Shown here one piece after another: positions 38,790 through 48,919 of a stretch of DNA of 64,000 nucleotides. Within the stretch, counting starts at the first letter, position 1. Each line of letters begins with the position of its first letter. This DNA is from Candidatus Peribacteria bacterium RIFCSPHIGHO2_01_FULL_51_35. Lineage in GTDB: Bacteria; Patescibacteriota; Gracilibacteria; Peribacterales; Peribacteraceae. Location of the stretch: the NCBI GenBank assembly GCA_001787535.1, contig MFXP01000015.1, forward strand, positions 22,549 to 86,548. Direction: 5' to 3'. Under the pieces are notes generated by a model. It saw only the letters and a list, made by a program, of their open reading frames with translations, was not told the origin of the DNA and searched no databases. Position numbers and translations under genes: made by a program.

Positions 38790-39187
38790 AGATGAGAAGA
38801 AATAAAATTATATGTACCTAATCCGTCATCATAGTAACATCTATACGAGACAGCGGACTTTAGAGTCTACTGCGTGGAAATCTCTTGTAAAGATCCAAGG
38901 TCGGTGGCTCCTCCTCCAGGGAATTGCCATAGATTGAATAAAACTGGTGTGTGGGAGCGATGTGGATAACTCGTGGACAACGTGGCAAGATGCCACCCCA
39001 ACTTATTTTTGGATATTTTGGCTTATATCTAAGGAAAATAGGGGATAAGAGCATCGTATTTTCAAGGAATTCACCGGGGGCGTTTCCTCTTATCCACAGG
39101 GTGTGTGGATAACTTTTTTATGCAAAGAGCACATTTTATAAGAGTTTTGAACGGTATTTTTCTCTGTTCTTCGCATCGTGTGGATAA
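38790..39187. promoter_or_regulatory. DnaA-box cluster, candidate oriC
   Basis: Perfect TTATCCACA boxes at 38961, 39090, 39104, 39179; AT-rich; upstream of dnaN. Confidence 0.75.
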
Positions 39188-40443
39188 CTCCGGTTTTCTT
39201 TGATCTGTATCTCTCCTGCCTTCATTGTCACAAAACTTCCATCGGGCAGATCGCCGGATACTGTTGCTCCTCCCGCGACAAACGTGCCTGCGCCAATCTT
39301 TATGCCGGGGTTCATGACCACTTGAATGCCGAGTCGCACATTATCCCCGATGATCGCGCCGAGCTTGGTCGTTCCTGTGGGGATTTTCTTCCCATCAATG
39401 ATCGAGAGGACTTCTCCTTCATCTAAACGGAAGTTTCCCGTCATGGATCCTCCGCCGAATGCAACGTTATCGCCGATGACACTGTCGCCCACGTAGCTCA
39501 TGTGCGTCCAGACATGCGAGCTAACGACGCTGCTCTTCACCTCCGTGTTGTAGCCGATGACACAGTCCTCGCCGACACTACTCCCGCGTACGAGCGCATT
39601 GTTGCCAATGATTGTCCGTTTGCCGATAAAAACAGGTCCCACAATCGTGGCGTGAGGAAGGACATGCACGCCGTCTTCGATCACCACAACTCCTTCAATG
39701 ACGGCGGTTTTGTGAATCGATGCCTTCTTGCTGATAACTTGCTTTGGTGCATAGGCAGCCAGGAAATGAGGCAGCAGCGTGAGCAGATGCCACGGATATT
39801 TCACAGGTTGCCAGAAGCCTGCGTACGGAACGGTGCGATATTCGTCGTCTTTCATCAGTGTGGTGAGCGCCTGCTCATAGCCATCGTCATTCGCCTTCCT
39901 GATTCCTTTGAGGGCACTCAGTAATCGCTTTGTGGAGGGATGGATGTGCGCGACAATATTCACCAAATCACTCGGCTCCTTTCCTTCGCCCGGCTTTTCG
40001 ATGATCGCAAGCGCTCGACCTCCCTTTGTCTTGATGTAGCCGCCCGGGAAGTAGCGCTTCACTTTCTTTGCGAGGATCGCACCACGATTCCCTTTGCTCG
40101 CTGCAAGCAGTGATCGATACGCGGCAGCATCAACGACATCGTTTCCGCTCACAATAAGTACGGGTTCATCCTTCAATTTCGGAAGTGCGGAGAGCAATGC
40201 GCCCTGCATACCGAGATCGAGATCCTTCTGCTTCACTGTGGACAGTTTTGGATGCATCTTTTTGATCTCACGAAGGTTATGCTCGCCACCGACGAGAAGA
40301 ATGTCTTTGAACCCCGCCTCTTTGAGCGTTGCCACCTGATGTTCCAGGAGCGTCTTCCCGGCAATCGGAAAGAGCGACTTTTCTCGGAGCGGCCAGAAGC
40401 GCCGGGATCTGCCTGCCAGCAATAGAATGACCTTCATAGGCAT
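39136..40443 (-). CDS. Bifunctional sugar-1-phosphate nucleotidyltransferase/acetyltransferase (GlmU-like)
   Basis: LLAGRSRRFWPL..K, YPWHLL, hexapeptide repeats, KLGAIIGDN. Confidence 0.88.
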   Translation of the reverse strand: MPMKVILLLAGRSRRFWPLREKSLFPIAGKTLLEHQVATLKEAGFKDILLVGGEHNLREIKKMHPKLSTVKQKDLDLGMQGALLSALPKLKDEPVLIVSGNDVVDAAAYRSLLAASKGNRGAILAKKVKRYFPGGYIKTKGGRALAIIEKPGEGKEPSDLVNIVAHIHPSTKRLLSALKGIRKANDDGYEQALTTLMKDDEYRTVPYAGFWQPVKYPWHLLTLLPHFLAAYAPKQVISKKASIHKTAVIEGVVVIEDGVHVLPHATIVGPVFIGKRTIIGNNALVRGSSVGEDCVIGYNTEVKSSVVSSHVWTHMSYVGDSVIGDNVAFGGGSMTGNFRLDEGEVLSIIDGKKIPTGTTKLGAIIGDNVRLGIQVVMNPGIKIGAGTFVAGGATVSGDLPDGSFVTMKAGEIQIKENRSYPHDAKNREKYRSKLL

Positions 40444-40479
40444 AGTATAACAGCTTTGTCATTGTAATAGCTCGAGGAG

Positions 40480-40525
40480 CGGCCATACCTGGCCGCGTAT
40501 CGCAGGCAAGTATGCCTGCTCCCTC
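40480..40525. repeat. REP-like double hairpin
   Basis: CGAGGA-GCGGCCA-TACC-TGGCCGC..GCAGGCA-AGTA-TGCCTGC-TCCCTCG. Confidence 0.55.
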
Positions 40526-40541
40526 GATCTTAGATTTCACA

Positions 40542-41375
40542 TCAGAAAACGATTTCCACTGATCCATCCAAATCCGTCCTTTGTACAGGAATGCCAAAAT
40601 GCCGGAAGCGGTCGAGTACGTCCGGATGGGGGTGTCCGTAGCTGTTGCCGGCACCCAAGGACATCACAGCGAGTTTGGGATCAACCGCAAGCAGGAATCC
40701 CGTCGTTGACGAAGTTCTGCTTCCGTGATGCGCGACTTTCAGCACAGTCGATCGAACATCCGCACCCGAAGCAAGGATTCTGCTCTCGGCAGGTTCTTCG
40801 ATGTCGCCTGTCAGGAGAATGGATCCTGTCCCAAACATCGCGCGCAGAACGATCGAGACATCATTTAACTCTTTTGGTTCTGATCCAAATGTCGTCTCCG
40901 GTGGCCAGATGATGTCCAGGATCAGTCCATCATCGAACACGATGTCCTTCGAAGGGTCTGCGAGGATGACAGGAATTCCTGCGTGATCTATTTCCTCGAG
41001 CATCGCTTCATAAAGGCCGAGCTTAAATTGCACGCCCGAGAGCAGCACCTGTTTCACGGTGTAGCGTTTGAGGAGTTCGGGAAAGACCGTCATATGGTCG
41101 GTGTTTGGATGTGTGAGTACGACAAGTTCGATGGTGCGATCGAAGAACGGCATGCGCTTTCCAATTTCCTCCAGCGGCGACAGATCCACGCCGCCATCCA
41201 CTAGGATCTGCGCACCGGATGGTGACACCAAGAGGATGGAATCCCCCTGTCCAATAGAGAGGACATGTGCGTGTAGATGCCCATCCGGCTGCAGGGCGAT
41301 CTCGCGTATCAGCAAGCCCGCCGCTCCCATCAAAAGGAACGTGATTGCGGCCGCATGTAAAAAAGGAATACGCAT
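40542..41375 (-). CDS. ComEC/Rec2-type metallo-beta-lactamase domain protein (stand-alone)
   Basis: IGQGDS, LVDGG, THPNTDH, LLTGD, KVAHHGS, YGHPH. Confidence 0.9.
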   Translation of the reverse strand: MRIPFLHAAAITFLLMGAAGLLIREIALQPDGHLHAHVLSIGQGDSILLVSPSGAQILVDGGVDLSPLEEIGKRMPFFDRTIELVVLTHPNTDHMTVFPELLKRYTVKQVLLSGVQFKLGLYEAMLEEIDHAGIPVILADPSKDIVFDDGLILDIIWPPETTFGSEPKELNDVSIVLRAMFGTGSILLTGDIEEPAESRILASGADVRSTVLKVAHHGSRTSSTTGFLLAVDPKLAVMSLGAGNSYGHPHPDVLDRFRHFGIPVQRTDLDGSVEIVF

Positions 41376-41399
41376 AAAGTTTGAGATTATACACCTTAC

Positions 41400-41816
41400 T
41401 CAAGCACTCCCGCGCCTGCTTTGGCCAGCAGCAAACGCCTGAACTACATATCCCCCTTGCTGCTCCGTTCTCACATTCGTTATCGGATGCTCATCCACAA
41501 ATTGATTGATTCTCGCCTCGCTTTCCTTGATGGCAGTTGCATGTCCCATCATGAAATTGCGAAGCATTTCTCTCCTGGTCTCGTCTTTCATCGCATCAAG
41601 TTTCCTGTAAAAAATCATCTCTTCCATACAATCCGGATCTTTCTCCCAAGATTTCTTTAAAGAGGGCGGGAGCAATCGCAAAATCGATCGATGGGCTTCT
41701 CCATAATACGAGCGGTAGAGTCCGTAAAATTGCCCGGGGAAAACTTCTTTCATCCATGCTGTGTCCGGTGATGTGGAGTAGTCCTTTATTTCCGAACCCA
41801 TACATTCACTATACAT
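41400..41816 (-). CDS. Hypothetical protein
   Basis: 138-aa ORF in gap. Confidence 0.55.
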   Translation of the reverse strand: MYSECMGSEIKDYSTSPDTAWMKEVFPGQFYGLYRSYYGEAHRSILRLLPPSLKKSWEKDPDCMEEMIFYRKLDAMKDETRREMLRNFMMGHATAIKESEARINQFVDEHPITNVRTEQQGGYVVQAFAAGQSRRGSA

Positions 41817-41836
41817 TATTTCTTTCTCCGTAAAAT

Positions 41837-43051
41837 TTAGCGCAGTCTGCGTCTCATCTTCCGAATTCCCATCGTCGCACCCGTCAGGAGCAACGCAGTG
41901 GCGACGCCCATGCCGGAACCAGGCAGCCCATTGTTTGGTTGCGTGAGAGCGGGAAGTTCGATGGCAGTGACCACCCCGCGAGACGTGTGTCCGGTCGGGG
42001 AAACCGCTCGCACGTGGAATGTGAACGATCCCGGGGCAACGCCCTTGAATTCCACGGCCGTCGCGTCGCCGGCAACGGCTTGAATGGCACTGTACGTTTT
42101 TCCTCCATCAACACTGTGGCGCAGTTCAAAGGAGTGCACGGTTTCGGGTTGTCCACTGCGTCGCCACGTCGCTTGAACGGTGTAGCGGTTGTGCACGATG
42201 GTTGCGCGGAGGTTCAATGCTTCCACATCGTTCGGAATCACCGGCGTGACCACGGGTTTTCCGAAGGTGGTAAACCCCGTGAAGAGCGCTTTTGTTCCAT
42301 TGGGATCAATATTCAGAAACACTCCCTCTGTTTGCTTACCACGAACAGCGGACGTTACTTCCACGCCATACACCTTGCCCGACATCTGCGGCAGCGTGTC
42401 GATGCGAATGAGCGAGCCTTGAATTTGCAGACGCACCAGAGGGAGTTCCGCACCCGAGGCATCCGTTATGCGGATGGCTGTGGCAGCGTTCTCCGGAGCA
42501 AGGTCAACGAGCAGTGAGAATTCAAGAACGACGCCCGTGGAAGAAATGGCTTGCGCCGCGAGCAGCGTGAAGCTGACATCCGCATCTTGCATACCCGGTT
42601 CAGCGGGAGTCTCTGTCGGTGACTCTGTAATTGGTTCCGCTTCCGACTGCGGTGTCTCTTCCTCGATGACCGGTGTTTGCGATCCGGCGGGAATCTCCAC
42701 TTCCACTTCTTCCAAGAAGAATTCACTTTCCTCGCCTGCCGAATTCACCGCGAGCACACTAAGGAACAGTGAAGGAGCAGCAGGAAAATCTCTAAGAATA
42801 TGTTCCATAACACGTCCGTCGGTCGTTTCAAAATCTTCGTAGGCCCCGCCGTTTTCCAAGATGGATTGCGTGCTGTAATACACGCGGTAGACGAAAATAT
42901 CTTCGTCTTCCTGCGGCGCATTCCAGCGAATGTGGATCTCCCGGCCTTGCACTTCCGCAAACAACCCCGCCACACCGGCAGGCGCAGCAGCGCTCGCCGA
43001 GAACGGCCAACTAAGGGCCGCGAGAACGATGAGAATACGGGCGAATGTCAT
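41837..43051 (-). CDS. Secreted fibronectin-III-like protein with LPxSG C-terminal anchor
   Basis: Signal peptide; IRWNAP..YRVYYS..SVLAVNSAGEES; LPGSG + hydrophobic + RKMRRRLR. Confidence 0.85.
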   Translation of the reverse strand: MTFARILIVLAALSWPFSASAAAPAGVAGLFAEVQGREIHIRWNAPQEDEDIFVYRVYYSTQSILENGGAYEDFETTDGRVMEHILRDFPAAPSLFLSVLAVNSAGEESEFFLEEVEVEIPAGSQTPVIEEETPQSEAEPITESPTETPAEPGMQDADVSFTLLAAQAISSTGVVLEFSLLVDLAPENAATAIRITDASGAELPLVRLQIQGSLIRIDTLPQMSGKVYGVEVTSAVRGKQTEGVFLNIDPNGTKALFTGFTTFGKPVVTPVIPNDVEALNLRATIVHNRYTVQATWRRSGQPETVHSFELRHSVDGGKTYSAIQAVAGDATAVEFKGVAPGSFTFHVRAVSPTGHTSRGVVTAIELPALTQPNNGLPGSGMGVATALLLTGATMGIRKMRRRLR

Positions 43052-43138
43052 GGGTATTGGTTTCTGATTAGTATAGCAAAATTTACGTACTTTGGCAATT
43101 GCCTCCAAAGAGCAGACCTTCGCGGCTGCGATCCGTTC

Positions 43139-43176
43139 GCGCCCCTGCCTACCGGCAGGCAGGCACGAAGGGGCGC
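43139..43176. repeat. 20-bp REP nested in GCGCCC..GGGGCGC hairpin
   Basis: 43144-43163 is the exact reverse complement of 13210-13229. Confidence 0.85.
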
Positions 43177-43188
43177 TCTCTGTGGGTG

Positions 43189-44646
43189 CTATTTTCTCAA
43201 TCCCAGTGCCTGTGGCAACCCTGTCACGATTCCGAGAATACCCATCATGCCGGTGGCAACACAGAGGAGCAGGATCGTTTTCAGTGAATCCGATGCGAAG
43301 GGTTGCAATGCGAGGAGCATTACCGCGAGCAGCCCCGCGAAGAGGAGGACGCGTGCAAGCGCGGAGAAGGGAACGTCGAAGGGCAATGTTTTTCCACTGA
43401 AGAAGAGCAGCGTCGGTGCAAGCACTGCATTCACTGCGATCGATGTGATCGATGCGCCAACGAATCCGTAGAGCGGAATCAGAAGTGCATTGAGAACAAT
43501 GGAAAGGACAGCTGCTCCCGCAAGCACCAAGACGAGCGGCTGCCACGCGTGACGTGTGAGCAGCGCGTAGAAGCTAAAGAGGATGATGCCATTCAAAAAC
43601 ATCGGCAGGGCAAGGAGCTGCAGCGCCGTGTCCGAACCCGGGCGCTCCGATGTGCTCAAATAGTCGGTCGTTGTCAGAAGCTCGATGAGCGGACGTGACC
43701 AGAGGAACGAGAACGCTGCGGCAATGATGCCAAGGAGAAGAATCAACAAAAATGTTTTTCCGAGCACAGTGCGTGTGTCCTCTCCTTTCGCATCGCGCTC
43801 ACTCACAATGGGGAGGACGGAATTGAGAAGGAATGTCGGGAGAAGAAACGCCATGTCCATCATGCGGATGACGGGACCGTAGTATGCGTTCTGCACTTCA
43901 AAATCTGGCCGCAGGAATGCGATCATCGTCACATCAAACTGACGGTAGAACGCCATAAAAAGGAATGCGAGTCCGTACGGCGCCGCCGTGCGCGTAATCT
44001 TTTTGAGGAGCACGGGATCCCACGTTGGGCGAATCTTCATGAAGCGGCTTCCGGCGATCAGTGAAATCAAAAAGAGGAGAGCCGCCCCCGCACCGCCGAT
44101 TCCCAGGAATTGATGGTAGACGGTGAGATCGGTAGTTTCGCGCACGCCAAGCAAGATAATCCATCCAATGAGTCCAGCGGTGAGGATCCGCTGTGCAACT
44201 TCGGCGACGAAGACGTAATGCATTTTGTAATTCACCTGGAAGATTGTGCGGAGAATTCCCGCGAGCAGTGTGAAGAAGGGGACAAAGGCAGCGATGCTCA
44301 CGCCCAAGGGGAGAGGAGTGCCTTTCCACATTGGCATCAGCCAGACAATGAGTAGTGCGGACACCAGCGACAACATCAAGATGATGCTTCGGAGAACGAT
44401 CAACACGCCGAGCACCTTCGCGCGGTCGTGTGCACGACTCACTTCTCGCACGGCGATGGCATACAACCCGAAATCCGCGAGGATGCCGAAGAGTTGCAAG
44501 TAGCCGTATGCGGAGTTGTAGTTCCCGAAGAGTTCTTTGCTTAAGCCCATCGCCACAAACTTCACCGTGAGGATACTCAGTGCCGCCATCACGCACTGGC
44601 TGGCAATCTGCCAGAGCGTGGATGTTGCGATCTGCTTAGTCGACAT
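43189..44646 (-). CDS. Polysaccharide/oligosaccharide flippase (Wzx-like)
   Basis: Multi-TM; FGNYNSAY..LADFGL..VREVS; NALLIPLYGFVGAS. Confidence 0.88.
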   Translation of the reverse strand: MSTKQIATSTLWQIASQCVMAALSILTVKFVAMGLSKELFGNYNSAYGYLQLFGILADFGLYAIAVREVSRAHDRAKVLGVLIVLRSIILMLSLVSALLIVWLMPMWKGTPLPLGVSIAAFVPFFTLLAGILRTIFQVNYKMHYVFVAEVAQRILTAGLIGWIILLGVRETTDLTVYHQFLGIGGAGAALLFLISLIAGSRFMKIRPTWDPVLLKKITRTAAPYGLAFLFMAFYRQFDVTMIAFLRPDFEVQNAYYGPVIRMMDMAFLLPTFLLNSVLPIVSERDAKGEDTRTVLGKTFLLILLLGIIAAAFSFLWSRPLIELLTTTDYLSTSERPGSDTALQLLALPMFLNGIILFSFYALLTRHAWQPLVLVLAGAAVLSIVLNALLIPLYGFVGASITSIAVNAVLAPTLLFFSGKTLPFDVPFSALARVLLFAGLLAVMLLALQPFASDSLKTILLLCVATGMMGILGIVTGLPQALGLRK

Positions 44647-44665
44647 GGGAAAAGTGTAGAGGAAG

Positions 44666-45424
44666 TCACTTCTTCATGCCGAGGAAGATGTCGTCAACGA
44701 CATCCGTACCGCCATTCTCCCGATAAATCTTTAAATAGAATGCTTCTCCATACACCTCTTCCACTTCAATTTTTTTAATATCGGAAGTAAGTTGGATTGT
44801 TCCCATTCGCATGTTTTCCTCCGTGCGATAATCCAAAATTTTTCCCAAGTGGTTCCTGCGTATTTCCAAATGAATGCCGTTCACTCGGCAACGGGCAACC
44901 ATAGCCTTGTCCAGTGTAATTTCTTCCTTTTGCACCCGCTTCTGCGCAGGGAGTTCAGGCTTTTTCCCCGATTTCTCTATGTTCCGCATCAGGGGGATGG
45001 CAAGAATAAGGATCACGCCGCCCAATGCTCCCAGCATTATATTACGGAGCCTTTTTCGTACCCTTTCTACAACCTGCTGCTTTAATTTTTTCTTCTCATA
45101 GATCTGTGCCTCCATGATGCAGATCTTTTCCAAAAGAAGGCGATTCCCTTCTTCAGTAGCAAAACTTTCCTCTGGTATAGCAACACAACCATCTACATTA
45201 TTTTCATCATGCTTCCACAGTAAACAATTTTTCTCTTTGGGCGCGCGTGCAATGAGAGACCAACCGGGAAGGAAAGGGATCTGTCTTTCTTGGACAGGAA
45301 TAAAAGTTCCGCCAATGTTACGTTGCATCTGTTCGATAGCCATCTGGCGGGCAGCATCTCTCTCTGGAGAGGATGCAATTTTTTCTTCGGCAAGCTCGTT
45401 GATGTTGAATGTAGGCACGTCCAT
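44666..45424 (-). CDS. Hypothetical single-TM protein
   Basis: 252 aa with central hydrophobic helix. Confidence 0.7.
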   Translation of the reverse strand: MDVPTFNINELAEEKIASSPERDAARQMAIEQMQRNIGGTFIPVQERQIPFLPGWSLIARAPKEKNCLLWKHDENNVDGCVAIPEESFATEEGNRLLLEKICIMEAQIYEKKKLKQQVVERVRKRLRNIMLGALGGVILILAIPLMRNIEKSGKKPELPAQKRVQKEEITLDKAMVARCRVNGIHLEIRRNHLGKILDYRTEENMRMGTIQLTSDIKKIEVEEVYGEAFYLKIYRENGGTDVVDDIFLGMKK

Positions 45425-45433
45425 AGAAGAGTG

Positions 45434-45880
45434 TCATTCTGCTCTCGATCGAGCATCTAAAATGCAGACAATTTCGCCTCCGCCGTTTCTCCTCAATATC
45501 ACACGCCGCACGTTTGGGCCAGGGTTTAACAGCTCCCCATTCGGCAATCCCAATCCCATTTCCGTAAAACGATATCCTGCTTTCTCGCACTCCTCCTTCG
45601 TTAGTGTCCCTACATCAATCTCGTAGGGATATTGCTTGTCGGGCTTTTCCGGAGCAACCTGCTTTATTTTTGCTTGCTCGTTTATAACGATGCCGCCAAT
45701 GAGGACGGTGAGAGCAGTTCCGGTCAATGCCGTACCCAATACGAAGTAGATCCAGAAGCGCGTCCTTTTGCTTCGTGCAATGATTACTTTCGGAGGTTCG
45801 GTGCTCTCACAAGCATGCACAAGATCCTCCACATAAGCATCCAAGAGGTCGTCATCGGGCTCGATTTCGTGGTCATCCAT
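45434..45880 (-). CDS. Hypothetical single-TM protein
   Basis: 148 aa, acidic N-terminus then TM. Confidence 0.7.
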   Translation of the reverse strand: MDDHEIEPDDDLLDAYVEDLVHACESTEPPKVIIARSKRTRFWIYFVLGTALTGTALTVLIGGIVINEQAKIKQVAPEKPDKQYPYEIDVGTLTKEECEKAGYRFTEMGLGLPNGELLNPGPNVRRVILRRNGGGEIVCILDARSRAE

Positions 45881-45948
45881 CGAGATTATTAAACTCGATA
45901 ATTTTCATTTGTCAAACAAACCATAAAGCCCTATACTTCGCTCTCGGA

Positions 45949-46866
45949 ATGCCACTCTCCTTCAAGCACCTCACGTCCACCAAACAACTCCTGCGGAGGG
46001 ACACAGACGCCATTTTGCAAACAGCTGCGGAGATGGAGAAGGTGCTGCTCAAAGGAGGAAATGATCTGCTCGCAGGAAAAATCCTCGCGAGCCTATTTTA
46101 CGAACCCAGTACGCGCACGCGCCTGAGCTTCGAAACCGCCATGCGCCGGCTCGGCGGAGAAGTGATCAGTGCGGAAGGAATCCAATTCAGTTCCCTCTAT
46201 AAAGGGGAGACGGTGGAGGACACCATGAAGGTCGTCGGAAGTTACGCAGATATCATCACCATGCGTCACCCCGAACAGGGGAGCGCAGACAGGGCGGCCT
46301 CGGTCTGCCCCGTGCCATTCATCAATGCAGGCGACGGTCCTGGCCAGCATCCCACGCAAGCATTGCTGGATCTCTTCACCATCCACAAAGAGCGCGGCAC
46401 CATCGACGGGCTCAAGATCGCAATGGCCGGAGATTTGCGCTACGGACGCACTGTGCACTCGCTCACGTTCCTCCTTGGCCTCTACAAAAATTTGCGTTTC
46501 ACATTCATCTCACCAAAAGAACTCACTATGCCGGACAAGGTGACAACGTTCTTAAAAGAGCACGACATTCCGTATGAAGAAACGCATGCACTCTCCGCAG
46601 GACTGGTGTCCGATGTCCTCTATATGACGCGCGTACAGGAGGAACGCTTTGCGGATCACAGTGAGTATGAGCGCCTGAAAGACATGTATCGCTTGGATGC
46701 CAAGATGCTCAAAGGAAAAGAAGTCACCGTCATGCATCCGCTTCCGCGCGTCGGGGAAATTGCCACCGATGTCGATGCACTCAAAACCGCTGCGTACTTC
46801 CGCCAAGCCAAGAACGGCGTGCCGGTGCGCATGGCGCTTCTTGCGATGCTTCTTCAGGCGATCTGA
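45949..46866 (+). CDS. pyrB: Aspartate carbamoyltransferase
   Basis: FYEPSTRT, NAGDG..HPTQ, GDLRYGRT, MHPLPR. Confidence 0.97.
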   Translation: MPLSFKHLTSTKQLLRRDTDAILQTAAEMEKVLLKGGNDLLAGKILASLFYEPSTRTRLSFETAMRRLGGEVISAEGIQFSSLYKGETVEDTMKVVGSYADIITMRHPEQGSADRAASVCPVPFINAGDGPGQHPTQALLDLFTIHKERGTIDGLKIAMAGDLRYGRTVHSLTFLLGLYKNLRFTFISPKELTMPDKVTTFLKEHDIPYEETHALSAGLVSDVLYMTRVQEERFADHSEYERLKDMYRLDAKMLKGKEVTVMHPLPRVGEIATDVDALKTAAYFRQAKNGVPVRMALLAMLLQAI

Positions 46867-48101
46867 TGTCCTCTTCCCTCATTCACTTCCCGCGGCTCAT
46901 CGACTGCCACGTCCATTTCCGCGAGCCGGGATTGGAGCACAAAGGAACGATGGCAACAGAAGCAGCCGCAGCGCGTGCCGGAGGAGTCGGAACCGTGTGT
47001 GAAATGCCAAACACCATTCCGCCGACGGTAACGGTCGCAGCTCTTGCCGACAAAGTGCGACGTGCGCATGCAATAAAAGACTGCGATATTCGTTTCTTCT
47101 TCGGTGTCACAGAAAAAACGCATTTGATTGCACTACGAAACATTTGGATTAAGAGTGATTTTGAACTGCAGCGGCTCAAGAAAAAATGCTGCGGTGTGAA
47201 ACTGTACTTAGATCACTCCACAGGGAACCAAAAGGCAGAGAGCGATGTTGTGGAAGAAGCCTTTAAGCTCTGCGGAGAGCTGGGAATTCCCGTGGTAGCG
47301 CACTGTGAGGACTCGATGATCAACGAGGTGGAAAGAGGAAGGTGGAAAGAGGAAAGTGATGACATTTCACTTTACTCGAAGATGCGGTCACCAGAATCGG
47401 AAGCCAAGTCGATCGCTTTTGCGATCGGTCTCGCACGGAAGTACAAAACCAAGTTCCATGTTGCACATCTTTCGACAGCACTGGGACTCGATCTTGTGCG
47501 CGATGCGAAGAAAGAAGGACTCTCGGTGACATGTGAAGTCGCTCCGCATCATTTATTTCTTACAACGGATGATTACAAGACGCTGGGAACGCTCGGCAAA
47601 ATGAATCCGCCTCTGCGTTCAAAAGAAGATCAAGCAGTGCTGTGGCAGGGAATAGCCGATGGCACGGTGGACTGCATTGCAACCGACCATGCGCCGCATA
47701 CGCTGGAAGAAAAAGGTGTCGTTGTAGGGGCGACGCATGCGTCGCCCCTACAACATCAATCCAATATTGATTTCCAGAAAATTCCGAGCGGAGTTCCAGG
47801 AGTTGAAACCATGTTGCCGCTCTTGCTCATGGTCGCAGCAGGAAACTGGCCGCACCCCTCATCAAAACGTCCATCCACGGCAAAACTTTCTTACGAGGAC
47901 ATCGTGAAGCTCTGCTTCACCAATCCGAACAGAATATTTTCCCTTGGCTGCAGCGATGCGAGAGTTTTCACAATCGATCCGAAGAAAGAGTGGACAATCC
48001 ATGCATCCGATCTCCATTCAAAATGCGGATGGACCCCTTACGAAGATTGGCATGTTCGGGGAAAAATTATCGGCGGGTGGCCTGCCGACCGTAGCACTTA
48101 A
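46866..48101 (+). CDS. pyrC: Dihydroorotase
   Basis: DCHVHFREPG, EMPNT, KMNPPLR, ATDHAPH; coupled to pyrB. Confidence 0.93.
   Translation: MSSSLIHFPRLIDCHVHFREPGLEHKGTMATEAAAARAGGVGTVCEMPNTIPPTVTVAALADKVRRAHAIKDCDIRFFFGVTEKTHLIALRNIWIKSDFELQRLKKKCCGVKLYLDHSTGNQKAESDVVEEAFKLCGELGIPVVAHCEDSMINEVERGRWKEESDDISLYSKMRSPESEAKSIAFAIGLARKYKTKFHVAHLSTALGLDLVRDAKKEGLSVTCEVAPHHLFLTTDDYKTLGTLGKMNPPLRSKEDQAVLWQGIADGTVDCIATDHAPHTLEEKGVVVGATHASPLQHQSNIDFQKIPSGVPGVETMLPLLLMVAAGNWPHPSSKRPSTAKLSYEDIVKLCFTNPNRIFSLGCSDARVFTIDPKKEWTIHASDLHSKCGWTPYEDWHVRGKIIGGWPADRST
47721..47754. repeat. GTAG-type REP palindrome inside pyrC
   Basis: GTTGTAGGGGCGACGCATGCGTCGCCCCTACAAC, perfect 34-bp palindrome. Confidence 0.92.
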
Positions 48102-48194
48102 ATTGAAAGATACTGCCCACCTTCGTTAAGGCTACAGTGGGCGACCTCTGCGGAGGTCGGACGCCGTATGAAGGATGGCGTGTTCTGGGAATGA

Positions 48195-48833
48195 TCACCC
48201 AATAATCCGTTTGATCGCCGTGAGGTCGGTGACGATGTGGTTCGCGTCCCTCCCGGCTTCGTGCGGCGTGTGTTTGCCGACGAATAAGCAGCATTCCATG
48301 CCTGCGGCGCGAGCTGCTTCCATATCAAACAACTGATCGCCAATGTACAGACAGTCCTGCGGTGCGATTTTTAATCGATCTGCGCCCATCAGCAGTCCGT
48401 GCGGATGCGGTTTCATGAACTTACCCATGTCGTCCGCAGTGATGAGCGCGTGAATGTGTGGCAGCACGGGTGTGCGCGTGTTTAGCGCATCCACATACGA
48501 CTTCCATGACCCCGTCACAATGCCCGTGGGGTAGTTGGCAGCAACGTGTTTCAGCAATTCCTCGCCGCTTTCCAGCCATTCCAGCTTCGTGCGCAGCAGG
48601 CGTTCGTACAATTCATCGCGGCGCGTGCGCAGGTTTGGGACATCGGTCTCTTCTTTGCGAAAATGTTCCAAGATGTCCTGCAGATGCCATCCTTGCATGT
48701 ACCAATGGACGAATTCTTCCTCCGTTGTTTCCAAGTTGTATTCCTTCAACGCCTCGCGAAACGCATTGATGTAGAGATCGATGCTTTGTACCAGCGTGCC
48801 ATCAAGATCGAAGAGAATCGCGGAATATTTCAT
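48195..48833 (-). CDS. HAD family phosphatase
   Basis: FDLDGTL, KPHP, IGDQLFD. Confidence 0.93.
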   Translation of the reverse strand: MKYSAILFDLDGTLVQSIDLYINAFREALKEYNLETTEEEFVHWYMQGWHLQDILEHFRKEETDVPNLRTRRDELYERLLRTKLEWLESGEELLKHVAANYPTGIVTGSWKSYVDALNTRTPVLPHIHALITADDMGKFMKPHPHGLLMGADRLKIAPQDCLYIGDQLFDMEAARAAGMECCLFVGKHTPHEAGRDANHIVTDLTAIKRIIG

Positions 48834-48855
48834 AAGGATGGAGATGAGTTACATG

Positions 48856-48918
48856 AATGACCAATGACGCAATGACCAATGACCAACTTGGTCATTGGTC
48901 ATTGCGTCATTGGTCATT
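48856..48918. repeat. Perfect inverted heptamer array (CAATGAC)n
   Basis: 31-bp arms, 1-nt centre, immediately after the rnj stop. Confidence 0.95.
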
Positions 48919-48919
48919 A

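Noticed and set aside
43052..43546. N-terminal extension of the FN3-like protein
   Set aside because: Overlaps the flippase and a REP; signal peptide begins at 43051.
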